Below are positions 24,011 through 36,779 of a stretch of DNA of 64,000 nucleotides, piece after piece. Both the position numbers and the translations under genes were made by a program. The stretch is from Octopus sinensis (taxonomy: Eukaryota). The stretch is taken from contig NC_043019.1 of assembly GCF_006345805.1 (NCBI RefSeq), forward strand, positions 30,193,360-30,257,359, written 5' to 3'. Numbering within the stretch: the first letter of the stretch is position 1; each line of letters opens with the position of its first letter. The notes under the pieces are model-generated. The model saw only the letters and a list, made by a program, of their open reading frames with translations, did no database searches and was not told the origin of the DNA.

Positions 24011-25755
24011 GTTGGACACCTTAGTCGCATTTAAAATATTTCATTTAAAAAGTAAACAACAATGTATCCCTTTAAATTTTTTGCGCCCACCCTCCTACAT
24101 TTTTTTCTTTCTTTTTTTCTCATTAGCGCAAATTACAAGCTTATTATTGTCGCCGAATTTCTTTCTTTTCTCCGTTTATTTTTAACTGCCCCCCTCCTAT
24201 TTGTGAAAATATTCTACCTTCTTTCTCTTTCTGTTTTTTCTTCTGTCTAACCGTATTGTCTTTAAAATTCCAGCATGACTTGAAAAAATAACATATGTAA
24301 ATTGTTATTGTTGTTGCAATGGTCGTTTAGCCCCAGGTCAACCCTGGTTGAGTAGCCCTTTGATTAAAGGCATTTCCAAGTTGTGACCATTTCGTTGTCT
24401 TTCACTTCGAAACAGTGCACACAGGCCCGTAATATCTAATGTCTTCCTATTGGAAGAGATATTGTTGCTATTTCTAGCTAATCGAGCAATCAGATATCAG
24501 TTTTAGGTTGCTGTTGTTTTGCTCTGGAACTCTGGTTGAACAAACCTATGATTAAATGCATTCCAGCCGTGATCGGCCGTCGTTTTTAAGGGTATCAAAA
24601 TAACATTACCTAATGTGCGCTTTCATTTATCTAACCGTAATTTGAGGGAGGTTTAGCTGCTATGTTTTGCATGTCGAGCGACGAGACTGAGACTCTGCTC
24701 CTTCTTTAGGCAGTCTTCAAAGATTGACAAATTTGTAGGGAGACAAGGGGGTTAGCTTCCACGCGGTCGCTCTGACCTACTCCAAGAAACTAGAAATCTC
24801 CCTTAAATCATTCCCTATCGTACTTAAAGATACAAAAACAAAGGCACAGACAACGTATTTATTCAAAGATATACAAAACTATGCGTGGTGGTCACGACTA
24901 GAACACCATTAATAACAGATCCGCTTTATAAGGTGGAGTCATATCTAATAACTATATTTCACACAAGCGTCAGTGTACGACCTGCTAGAAAGAGCAGTCA
25001 ATTCTTCATTAGATCTCACGCTCCCGTCTTACAATCTTAGTACACTGTGCCTGAAAAAGATTATGGGCATGGCTGGAAGGTTTTTGATTACAGGCCTACT
25101 TTATCAGATTAAACTTGGTGTTCAATAATAACTATAGCCTTCACAAACCAACAGAGCCACTACGTGGTCGTTCGACGTGTTGGATATAACATCTAAATCT
25201 CTCTCTTAAATCACATCTTACCATTCTGAAAAATAATTGGATAATGAAATCTTAGGTGAATTGTGCTTGGAAAATAAGATGGGATGTTCATGGTTGGAAA
25301 GCCTTTAGTCATAGATTAGTTTTAATCAAACCTTAATTAAGCAACAGTAGTAACAATTATATAAGTGGCTACTCGACCTGCTAGAAATGGCAGCTAAATT
25401 CGCTTTAGATCTTACTTGACGGTCTCAAAGAAGTTTATAGCTCATATACTAAGCTGGATACTGAAGTATTGCATTCACGATACCTTAATAAAAGCTGGGA
25501 ATATCGCAGCTGGAGTACCTTTCATTATGGGTTGCCTCGTTTAGGTTTGATATGGGGCCAGCCCCGATTAAGATTATATAACAATTCAAATAAGTTTCTG
25601 TAACAAGATCAGTTGCATCACTACATTTCGTTTTCGACAAATCCGATTTGTCGAAAAAGAAACTTATTTGAATTGTTTTCAAAAGTCTTGTTGGACTGGA
25701 ATTATTAAATCATTAATGAAAGTGAATGAACATAATCTTAAGTACAGAGAGTACG

Positions 25756-25956
<201 letters not shown>

Positions 25957-27101
25957 TTTAACCATGGTAAACTTGTACAACATTTTGACGAAGATGAAAG
26001 AATTATGACAATACAAACTCTACTTAGCAATAATAAATCTCTGAACGAGATGTAAACAGTAACTGCTCGACAACGTAAAGTATACTAGCCACCGGAGACA
26101 ATGATCTCCTGGGGCTAAAAGCTACAGTAACACCCACCCTTAGTGGTTAGCCATATTGAGATGGCTAATAAACTCTACTTAGTTTTCACATAAAGAGCTG
26201 GGAGGGATCCAAAACTTCATTCTCTCTCTCTTTCTCTCTGTCTTCCCTCTCTCTTTTACGGGATGCTGGTTTTTATCAATTTGAGAACAACTAGTTTAGC
26301 CTTCAAGTCCTGATCGAGCAAACCTCTTTGATCTAAGTCCGTATGGTAATCTGTGTCGCAGGCACAATCCACCTGTTCCCACATTAATATGTGTTTTAAG
26401 TCTAAAACGAGAGGATGGTGTGAGTTGAGGGGATATTTGGCAACTATTTCTAGCAGATCGAACGATCACATAGAGGCTCTTGCTTAAAGCTATTGAGCTC
26501 CAGATCAGCCAGGAATATCTGTTAATAATAAGTTTTTCTTTTAAGGTGTGACTTTGGTTTTAAAGGGAAATTCGTCTGCTAATTCAATGAGGTTTGACAA
26601 CTACGGCTATGCTAGATCCATTAACATTGTCATTTTGCTGCACAATTGTAAAAACAAAAATACTTCTTTCTTGAAGTTTTGCTGGGCCGGGGGCTAGTTA
26701 ATAATTCGACCTCAGTGGTACATATTTATTATATGTTAATTATTCGACCTCACTGGTACATATTTCATTGACCCCGAAAAAATGAAATGCAAGGTTGACC
26801 TCGGTGGAATTTGAACTCGGGCAATAAAAGTTCTTATAATGTTTTAATTCTGCCGTCCTTATGATATCATTTCTCATATACATATTTGTATTATAATACA
26901 TAAAGCAAGGAATAGTTCTTCTTTCCCTTATCCGACTTGGTTTATAAATAAACAGGTGCAGGAGTGGTTGTGTGGTAAATAAGCTTGCTTCAAAACCATA
27001 TAGTTCCGGGTTCAGTCCCCCCGCGTAGAACCTTGAGCAAGTGTCTTCTACTACAGCCTTGTGAGTGGATTTGATAGATGGGAACTGAAAAGAAGCCTGT
27101 C

Positions 27102-27540
27102 TTCTATATTTATTCTATATCCAGAATAAGTCCTGGTGTCGATTTGCTCGACTAAAGGCGGTGCTCCAGCATGGCCGCTGTCAAATGACTGAAACAAGTA
27201 AAAGAATATAATACAAACACCACGAAAAGATAGCTACGTGCGTGAATGGTTTTCTATATTTATTCTATATCCAGAATAAGTCCTGGGGTCGATTTGCTCG
27301 ATTAAAGGCGGTGCTCCAGCATGGCCGCAGTCAAATGACTGAAACAAAATACAAACACCACGAAAAGATAGCTACGTGTGTGAATGGTTTTCTATATTTA
27401 TTCTATATCCAGAATAAGTCCTGGGGTCGATTTGCTCGACTAAAGGCGGTGCTCCAGCATGGCCGCAGTCAAATGACTGAAACAAGTAAAAGAATATAAT
27501 ACAAACACCACGAAAAGATAGCTACGTGTGCGAATGGTTT
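27102..27540 (+). repeat. Three tandem units of about 150 bp (SINE A tail plus flank)
   Basis: Units start near 27102, 27252 and 27390; the middle unit is about 12 bp shorter. Confidence 0.92.
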
Positions 27541-27971
27541 TAGCTCTTTATTTATTTATAGTATTTTCATGGTAATTGTATCACATTGTAACTTGGTTAA
27601 GTAGTTAAAAGTTGTTTGCCGTTTAGTAATTTGTAAACTAGTTTTTCACACGAGATAGATAATATCAAGGTAAACTTTCTACTTCACACCCACGTGTTAT
27701 GTTTGTTTGTTTTCTGTTATCGTTCCAGCTAGGAAGCTAGAAATAAACCGCATAATAATATCGGAAACGAAAATACGCTTCTTGCTTTTGTTTAATCATC
27801 GTCTGGTGGTGGTGTTTTTCTTACTAATTTTTAATTTTTTTTTTAGCAGTAGTTAGAATGGTGGATATAGTGTAGCATCGTCTGAATTCTTGGTATTATT
27901 GTAGAGAGTACTCTAGCAACCGTTTTCAGTCAAGCTTGTAGCAAAATTCCATTCCCTTTCCTTTCTTTTTT

Positions 27972-28275
<304 letters not shown>

Positions 28276-28276
28276 A

Positions 28277-28705
28277 TAATAATAATGATAATGAAATTAT
28301 TGTGTATAGTGCTCAGGTGCACTGCAACTCATCAAAAGTGCATGTACAGTACATAGAATTATGTGCAAAAGTCAGGGAAGTGAACAGTGTATGAGTCAGG
28401 ATATACATGTGTGCATGCATATGGAGGTGGGGATATCAGGTGTAGTGTTGGTGAATATCAGGAAGCATTGAGGTTTTAGAACATGCAATGTCTCAGCAGC
28501 TAACAACTGATGCAAGTAGTTTGTTCCATGCTTCAGCAACTCTGAGTGTGAAAAAATGTTTCCTGAAGCCATGGGTGCTTTGCTGTTTTCTGACTTTATT
28601 GGCATTCCCATGTGTGTTAGACACATGGACCTCAAAAATGTGCTCAAGGTGGTTGTTGGCATGATGGTTAATAATTTTGTAGATGTTTACCAAGTCAGTT
28701 GCCAG
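28277..28705 (-). mobile_element. CR1-like LINE 3' end
   Basis: NTHG...FRKHFFTLRVAEAWNKL..SVV with an (ATT)n tail; same family at 30091-30290, 44415-44580, 45312-45725, 49025-49240. Confidence 0.8.
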
Positions 28706-29223
28706 ATGTATCTCTATTAATGCAATGAGCTTCTTTCAGTTTCCATCTACCAAATTCATTTACAAAGCTTTGGTCAGCCTGAGGCTATAGTAGAAGACAC
28801 TTGCTCAAGGTTCTATGCAGGAGGACTGATCCCAGAACCATTTGGTTGGGAAGCAAACTTCTTACCACACAGCCACACTTTTATACTTTGGATGGTAACC
28901 TTAATTTATTTTGCAATTTGAATGGCAGCTTTAATCACCTGGACCCAAGACCTCTGAAAAGAATTTGGTAACAGAAAAGACTGTATTCATGTGCTATGGG
29001 TGATATTTTTTCAAAATTCAAAGGATCTGTGAGTTTTTGTTTCTTTTTAGGAAGGGGCCGAGCAGATAGTTAAAGGCCTTTCCTTGGTTCTTGGGGCCTC
29101 AGACCAATGTACCATTTGAACCCCTCTCTTCTGGTTGCCTGTTTGGACAGGCTATTGTGTTTTCTTTTTATGCAATGAAAACTGTCAAATTTAGCTCAAA
29201 GACCTTGTGTGTGTGTATATATA

Positions 29224-30085
29224 CAGTGGGCAGTGAATAGACTGTTGTCTAAATTATGCAAAAATGAAAATAACACTGACACCTCATTTTAACAGATATA
29301 TTTACCAAAATTACATAAAAATATCTTGAAATCCTAAAGAGTAAATTTATTCAATAAAATCGCCATTGGCTTCAACCAAGGCCTCCAGACAACTTCAGAA
29401 TCTCCTGCAGCTCTTCTGGACAGTCTCCTTGTTTAAGTTGGTGAATGCTGCCATAATCCTTGCCTTCAGTTCATCTTTTGTGTTACGAGGAGTTTTGTTG
29501 GTCTCTCACTCAACTGCATCCCACACATAACAATCAAGGGGGTTGCAGTCTGGGGAGTTAGGTAGTTAGATGTTAGGGGTGATGTGGTCACATAAATTGT
29601 CTGACAGCTATAACTGGGTTCACCTGCTTGTGTGGCATAGTGCAGAGTCCTGTTGCCAGATACAGGGTCTTCCAGCAGCCACCCTTGTGACCGAGGGAAG
29701 CACTACCTTCTCCAGGCACTTGATGTAGGCCTCCGTGTTCAGTCTGAGGCCATGTAGAAAGATGAATTGAGGCATTATGTCACCATCACTAGTGATCTCT
29801 CCAAACACCATGATGTTGACTGGATGTTTGATTTTTTATCACTCTCAGTACATATTCTCAAACACTCTGAAATGTTCGTATTGGAGCTTCCAGCATGAAT
29901 GCCAAGCAGTACAGCATGTTGTTTTCAAATTTCTGGCAGAGTGAATTGTGCCATGGTGCTGTTTTTCTCACAGACAGTGCCCAACTGACCCTACTATATT
30001 GTGTAGTCAACAAAATCAAAAACAAACGAAGTGCATGTGCAAAATTAAAATTATAAAATGGTGACAATTTATCCATTGTACCCTG
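29224..30085 (-). mobile_element. Internally deleted maT (DD37D) Tc1/mariner transposon
   Basis: TA flanks. Minus frame MVFGEITSDG...WQQD-(37 codons)-D ending SPDCNPLD, then ...LEALVEANGDFIE, with in-frame stops. Confidence 0.85.
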
Positions 30086-30353
30086 TATATAACATTTTTT
30101 CACGCTCAGAGTTGCTGAAGCATGGAATAAACTGCCTGCGTCAGTTGTGGACTGCCATGACACTGCATCCTTTAAGGCCCTCATGCTTTCCGAAATCTGC
30201 CGAAACTACACCTGATTATATATACACTTTAGATGAGTTGTAGTGCACCTGAGCACTGTACACAATTATTATTATTATTATTATAATAATAATAATAATA
30301 ATAATAATATAGCTCTCATATTGTATCCGTTTCTTTCCTTGTTATATTTACAG

Positions 30354-30515
30354 ATTCTGTTACTGTTGAACTGATAGGCAAAATATGTTTGATCGGGTTA
30401 AACTGTCCTGAAAAGAAGAATGCTGTTAATTCTCAAACTGCTCACAGTCTGTATCGGGCTTTTCAGGACTTTGAACACAATGACCAGACACATGTTGCGG
30501 TATTATTTGGTAAAG
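30354..30515 (+). CDS. Enoyl-CoA hydratase-like gene, exon 2
   Basis: tttacAG acceptor, G|GTAAGT donor; encodes (D)SVTVELIGKICLIGLNCPEKKNAVNSQTAHSLYRAFQDFEHNDQTHVAVLFGK(G), the crotonase N-terminal LNxPxxxNA motif. Confidence 0.95.
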
Positions 30516-30565
30516 GTAAGTGTGAGATTTTGTTTGTTTATGACCGTATTGTGATAGATGGGTTT

Positions 30566-30803
30566 CTTTTAATTCTTTTACTTGTTTCAGTTATTTGACT
30601 GCGGCCATGCTGGAGCACCGCCTTAAAGGGTGTTAGTTGAAGAAATCGACCCCTCCCCCAGGACTTATTGTTTGTAAGCCTAGTACTTATTCTATCGGTC
30701 TCTTTTGCCGAACTGCTAAGTTACTGAGATGTAGACACACTAGCATTGGTTGTCGATGGCAGGGGGCATAAACACAAACACTCACAAATATATACATACA
30801 TTA

Positions 30804-30858
<55 letters not shown>

Positions 30859-31015
30859 GATGGGCTTCTTTTCAGTTTCTGTCGACCAAATCCACTCACA
30901 AGGCTTTGTTCGGCCCGAGGCTATAGTAGAAGACACTTGCCGAAGGTGTCACACAGTGAGACCCAGAACCATGTGGTTGGGAAGCAAGCTTCTTACCACA
31001 CAACCACACCTGTGC
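30566..31015 (-). mobile_element. SINE family A (intron 2)
   Basis: Full-length reverse copy. Confidence 0.85.
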
Positions 31016-31202
31016 CATAATGAATACAAAACTTTTATATATATATATATATATATATGTATCTCACCATCATCATCATTTAATGTCCGTTGTCCTTGCT
31101 GTCGTGGGCTGAACATTTTGACCGGGGACAGAAACCAACTTTTTTATGCGATTGGTACTATTTGTATTCCAAATGTAATGATTTTCATTTTCCATTCTCT
31201 AG

Positions 31203-31309
31203 GTGGCAATTTCTGTGCAGGGTTTGATCTCAAAGAACTTGCAGATGAATTTCGAAGTGCTGAAGTTGCCTTGCCTGATTCCCCAAGTCGAACAGAACGT
31301 GCTCCAATG
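31203..31309 (+). CDS. Enoyl-CoA hydratase-like gene, exon 3
   Basis: ttctctAG acceptor, ATG|GTATTT donor; GGNFCAGFDLKELA...RAPM contains the crotonase oxyanion-hole motif FCAGxDL. Confidence 0.95.
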
Positions 31310-32051
31310 GTATTTCATTGAAGTTTTTTTTCCATTTCTCTTATAATGCTTTTGTTACCATATAACTAATATTAGTTTGCCAGCCTCATCTGGCACATAA
31401 AAGCACCCACTACACTCACGGAGTGGTTGGCGTTTGGAAGGGCATCCAGCCGTAGAAACATTGCCAGATCAGACTGGGCCTGGTGCAGCCTTCTGGCTTC
31501 CCAGACCCCAGTTGAAACGTCCAACCCATACTAGCATGGAAAGCGGACGCTAAACGATGATGATGATGATGATGAATAGTATTTGCGACTAGAAAATGAA
31601 TATAAAAACTTTATTTTGTAGCTTAACATGCCATGGAGACACACATATGCATATGTAGGCACAAAAAAAAAAACTAGCACTCCGTTGGTTATGATGAAAA
31701 AGGTTCCAGTTGATCTGATTAACAGAACAACTTGTTTGTTGTGATGTTCATTTTACGGATTGGCACCACAGGTTTTTTGTTGTGGTTGGTAACGTCATGT
31801 TTGATAGCGTTGGCAAATTTTAAAATAACCACAAAACGAAATATTGTATAAAAAAGCTAAGATTGTCAACGACTAATGAATCGAGGTTCAGACGTCTAGA
31901 GTCTAGATGGAAACAACCAGTCAAAGAGAAGAAAACGAAGAATCTGCAGACATTATTTAACAATTTCTATGACGAACTTCTGGACATATTTATAATCAAA
32001 CAGATAAAAGTAGTTGTTGCACTTGAAGGATACAAATAAACTGTACATATC

Positions 32052-32170
32052 GCTTACAGCCATATCATGTTGAAACCATCAGTTCTCGTCTGATCACTGA
32101 AGTTAAGCAATGTTGAGCCTAGTTAGTACTTAGATGGGTGACCACTTGGGAAACCTAGGTGCTGTAAGTG
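32052..32170 (+). pseudogene. 5S rRNA pseudogene (full length) in intron 3 of the hydratase-like gene
   Basis: GCTTACAGCCATATCATGTTGAAA...TCTCGTCTGATCACTGAAGTTAAGCAA...GTTAGTACTTAGATGGGTGACCACTTGGGAA...GTGCTGTAAG follows the eukaryotic 5S pattern. Several CpG>TpG/CpA changes, an altered box C, no oligo-T terminator, single copy in the window. Confidence 0.88.
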
Positions 32171-32179
32171 TCACACAGT

Positions 32180-32584
32180 AGGCGTAGGAGTGGCTGTGTG
32201 GTAAGTAGCTTGCTTACGAACTACATGGTTCCGGGTTCAGTCCCACTGTGTGGCACCTTGGGCAAGTGTCTTCTACTTTAGCCTCGGGCCGACCAAAGCC
32301 TTGTGAGTGGATTTAGTAGACGGAAACTGAAAGAAGCCCGTCATATATATGTATATATATGTGTGTGTGTGTGTGTATCTGTGTTTGTCCCCCCAACATC
32401 GCTTGACAACCGATGCTGGTGTGTTTACGTCCCCGTAACTTAGCGATTCAGCAAGAGACTGATAGAATAAGTACTAGGCTTACAAAGAATAAGTCCTGGG
32501 GTCGACTTTCTCGACTAAAGGCGGTGCTCCTGTATGGTCACAGTCAAATGACTGAAGCAAAAGAATAAAATAGTAAAAGAGTAA
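32180..32584 (+). mobile_element. SINE family A (intron 3), directly after the 5S pseudogene
   Basis: GGCGTAGGAGTGGCTGTGTGGTAAG (A box) ... GGTTCAGTCCC (B box) ... tail. Confidence 0.88.
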
Positions 32585-34311
32585 TATTTATCTCTTTTTG
32601 TGTTAATAAACTAACAGATTCCACAAGACTGTCCTATTGCTATAATCCTTGAATTATTGGTCAAGTCTGTATTTCCAGTCAGTCACTTTGCTTTGTGTCT
32701 TGATCCCAAGGTATTTATTTCCTTTTGTGGTAGTAAGTGAACAGCTTCCACATTGCTTGTGAAAATTAACATGCAAGTGGCTGAGCACTCCACAGACACA
32801 TGTACCCTTAATGTACTTCTTGGATAGATTCAGCATGAAAGAATGTGACATGTCTGGCCCTTTGAAATACAGGTATGACTCACTTTTGCCAGCTGAATGC
32901 ACTGACTGGTGCAATGTGAAATAAAGTGTCTTGCTCAAGGATACGATATGTTGCCAGGAATTGAACTCATGACCTTACAATCGTGACCCAAATACCTTAA
33001 CCACTAAGCCACACACTTTCTCTATAGACATATCATAATCATCATCGTTGAATGTCCATTTTCCACGCTGTCATGGGTTGGACGTTTTGACTGAGGGCTG
33101 GTGAGCCAGAAGGCTGCACCAGGCTCCAATCTGATCTGCTGGATGCACTTCCTAATGCCAACCACTCCAAGAGTGTAGTGGGTGCTTTTTACATGCCACC
33201 AGCATGAGGGCGAGTCTGCTGGCACTGGCATCAACCATGCTTGAATGGTGCTTTTTACATGCCACTGGCATGGGACCAGTCAGCCAGCACGGGACCAGTC
33301 AGCCGGCACGGGACCAGTCAGCCAGCACGGGACCAGCGAGCTAGCATGGGACCAGTCAGCTGGCACTGGCATCAACCACGCTCAAATGGTGCTTTTTATG
33401 AGCCCCCAGCATACACAGATACGCATACACATGCATACACGTGATCATACTTACACAAAATAGAGAAACAAATGTCGATAATATTTTAGTTATGTAAGGA
33501 TCTATATATTGTATAATATATGTTAGCAGAAAAATATTTTATAACTTGTCTTATTCCTATTTTGATGCATGAATTTATCGCATTGTTAGGCATCGGCATG
33601 GTTGTATGATTAAGAAATTTGCTTCCCAACCCTGTGGCCTTGGGTTCAGTCCCATTGCGTGACACATTGGCCAAGTGCCTTCTACTATAGCCCCAGGCCA
33701 ACAAAAGCCTTGTGAGTGGATTTGGTAGATGGAAATCGAAAGACACCTGTCGCATATATGTGTGCGTATGTGCATGCATTCATGTGCGTCTTTGTCTTTC
33801 TGTTCGTCCTCCACCACTACTTGACAACTGGGGTTGGTTTGTTTGTGTCCCTGTAACTTATCAGTTCAGCCAAAGAGACTGATTGAATAAGTACCAGGCT
33901 TTAAAAAAAAGAGTAAGTATTAGGGCCAACTTTGCCTTTCAGCCTTTCAAGATCGATAAAATAAGTACCAGTGGAATACTGGGGGTCAATGTAATCAACT
34001 AGCTCCCTCCCCCAACTGAGTACTGGGATCGATATAAACAGCTGTCTCCCTCCCCAGAAAATCCAGGCCTTGTGCCTATAGTAAAGATTATTATTATTAT
34101 TAAAAAGGCGGCAAGCTGGCGGAATCATTAGCATGACAAATGAAATGCTAAGCGGCATTTTGACTGTCTTCAAGTTTTGAGTTCAAATTCTGCCGAAGTC
34201 AATTTTGCCTTTCATCCTCTTGGGGTCAATAAAATAAGTACCAGCTGAGTAGTGGGGTCGATGTAATCGACTTTCCCCCTCCCCCAAATTTCAGGCCTTG
34301 TAGTAGAAAGG

Positions 34312-34366
<55 letters not shown>

Positions 34367-34422
34367 TTTCTAGGAAACTGAGTTGTTTTTCTCTAGTTTT
34401 GTGGTTTGGAATTATTTTATAG

Positions 34423-34567
34423 GGTCCAACACGAATGTCATTTTCTAAGCCTGTCATAGCAGCTGTTTCTGGTTATGCTGTAGCTGGTGGTTTGGAGCTA
34501 GCACTTATGTGCGATTTGAGAGTTGTTGAAGAATCAGCTATCATGGGTGTCTACAACCGGAGATTAG
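34423..34567 (+). CDS. Enoyl-CoA hydratase-like gene, exon 4
   Basis: ttttatAG acceptor, G|GTAAAA donor; GPTRMSFSKPVIAAVSGYAVAGGLELALMCDLRVVEESAIMGVYNRRL is the crotonase signature region. Confidence 0.97.
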
Positions 34568-34659
34568 GTAAAATGTGTTTTTATCTTTTTCTGTCATTTT
34601 CTTCTTTTTCTTTGTTTTCTTTTCTTTCTTTCTTTCTTTCCTTTGTCTTTCTTGTATTG

Positions 34660-35545
34660 TTATTATTGAGTGAGACAGCAGTGCATGCCATTAAAGTGAC
34701 ACTGGGGTAAAATATACGAAACCAGTATACCCATCATGACTACCCGTCTGATAAGGGTACACCAGGCACATACATCACAACCATATGTGTGCAACATGGC
34801 GATCTCATATCAAGATAAACAGCACATGACCTTGCAGGTGGGGGCCCAGTTAGAATTTTCTTCTGGTTGATTAGCCCATCCCACTCAAAAGGTCCCTGAA
34901 TAAGGGTTGTTTAAGGATGTTGAACGAAACACCCATGTTTCCAAAGGTGAATTATCCAAACCGCTAAGAATTCCTTTCAACACACGGCTATGATGCTCCC
35001 CCACTTATCATTATTATTGAGTGAGAGAGTAGCACATGCCATCAAAGTGACACCGGGGTAAAATATACGAAGTCCAGTATATCCATCATGACTACCTGTC
35101 TGCTAAGAGTACACCAGGCACATGCTTCACAACCATATGTGTGTGACATGGTGATCTCATATCAAGATAAACAGCACATGACCTTTCAGCTGGGGGCCCA
35201 GTTAGAATTTTCTTCTGGTCAAGTAACCCATCCTGCTCAAAAGGTCCCTGAATAAGGGTTTTTTAAGGATGTTGAACAAAACACCCGTGTTTCCAGAGGT
35301 GAATTATTCAAACCCCAAAGAATTCCTCTCAACACATGGCTATAATGCTCCCCAACTACTTCTGCTCGTGGTCTCAGAGATGCACATATCGTCAGCCACT
35401 AAGGGACATACTCAACTGGTTACGGTCAAACAACTGACAAGCAAATCTGTGGTATTGAGCAGAATATTTGCTGTAGCCCATCTTTTATACCAAGACAAAA
35501 CAATGTACATGATAACACTTCCAATCAGTTAAGATCAGAAGCCAT
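34660..35545 (-). repeat. Two adjacent copies of a retroposon 3' region (34660-35005 and 35011-35545)
   Basis: Direct repeat of about 345 bp with scattered substitutions; each copy starts at a (TTA)n tract. Confidence 0.85.
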
Positions 35546-35781
35546 TATTATTATTAAGGCAGTGTGCTGGCAGAATTGTTAGCATGCTGGATGAAATGCT
35601 TAGTGGTATCTTGCCTGTTGCTATGTCCTGAGTTTAAATTCCGCCGAGGTCAACTTTGCTGTCCATCCTTTCAGAGTTGATTAAATAAGTACCAGCCAAG
35701 TGCTGGGGTCGATGCGATTGACTAGTCCCTTCCCCAAAAACTTCATGCCTTGTGCCTATAGTAGAAATTATTATTATTATT

Positions 35782-36042
35782 CTATGTTTGACTTTTGCTT
35801 TATATTTGCACAAGCTGGTTCCAAGTCTCACCCAGAGACCTCAAGAGACAAGTTGGAAGTTCATGTTGGTGTTATGCCTAGGATGCCATATATTTGGTTT
35901 TGTACTTAGTGTTGTACTAGTGAATGTCTAAAAAAAACCATACGAAAATTATGTTTGTTTTAAAACTTGAGATTACATAGAAAGTATTTTGCGTAGAATA
36001 TGAGCAGTTCCCATGAGCACTATCTTTTGAATTTCTGCCATT
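35782..36042 (-). mobile_element. R4/Dong-like non-LTR retrotransposon 3' end in a (TAA)n tract
   Basis: Minus frame MAEIQKIVLMGTAHILRKILSM*; ATT repeats on both sides. Confidence 0.75.
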
Positions 36043-36053
36043 ATTATCATTAA

Positions 36054-36102
<49 letters not shown>

Positions 36103-36629
36103 GTTATGATTATTGTCATTTACTTTTAATCTGCATGTTTGATGCAATCACTTGCCGGGGCACACCCAGCGCCCTAGGGCAAGTGAAGGTTAAGAGTTGT
36201 TGAAATATAGCTGAAAGCTTGGGGAGGGGAAGTAGAGAAATATCTCCATGTAATACAACATTATTATTATTATAATAATATAGATGATGAGGATGATGAC
36301 GAGAATGACTTTACAGGTGTTTCCCCTCAGTTTCCTTAATCACAACAGTCAGTAGACAGTAGTTATTTGTTAAGCTAAGAATAACAAAAACTATGAAATA
36401 AGAATCTTACACATTTGGCCAAGTCCCACCACATAAACTTCACTTGTGGTTGTTACTTTTGCCATTGTTTTTTGTGTTCAAATTTGACCCCAATTGATAA
36501 AAGACAATCCAGCCATGATCATCTTCCCAACCCTTATTTTAGACATAGGTTACCCTCCACAGTTAGCTCCCCCAAAACTCGTTTCTGTTTGGTATTTTAT
36601 TCCCATATTCTTTTTCTTAATCTTTCCAG

Positions 36630-36779
36630 GAGTCCCCCTTGTTGATGGTTGCACAGTAAGATTACCAAAACTCATTGGTTTATCTCGTGCCATGGATTTA
36701 ATTCTGACCGGTCGGCCAGTCGACAGTAAAGAAGCTCTCCAAATTGGTCTTGCTAACAGAGTAGTTCCTAACGGGACAG
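36630..36779 (+). CDS. Enoyl-CoA hydratase-like gene, exon 5
   Basis: tttccAG acceptor, G|GTAATT donor; GVPLVDGCTVRLPKLIGLSRAMDLILTGRPVDSKEALQIGLANRVVPNGT. Confidence 0.97.

Noticed and set aside
27102-27540. CRISPR-like array
   Set aside because: Whole units are repeated with no unique spacers, the DNA is eukaryotic, and there are no cas genes.
27560-27675. Alternative first coding exon ending AAG|GTAAAC at 27669
   Set aside because: In the phase needed for exon 2 there is a TAA three codons upstream and no ATG after it; it could only be non-coding.
30746-31321. 191 aa ORF as one protein (similarly 36494-36943 and 4969-5448)
   Set aside because: These are chance read-throughs of SINE or intron sequence into a real exon or a transposase relic.
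31860-31925. Hammerhead-like CTAATGA...GGAAAC
   Set aside because: The core is altered and the stems are not convincing.
32052-32170. Functional 5S rRNA gene
   Set aside because: Single intronic copy with CpG decay, an altered box C and no terminator; called a pseudogene.
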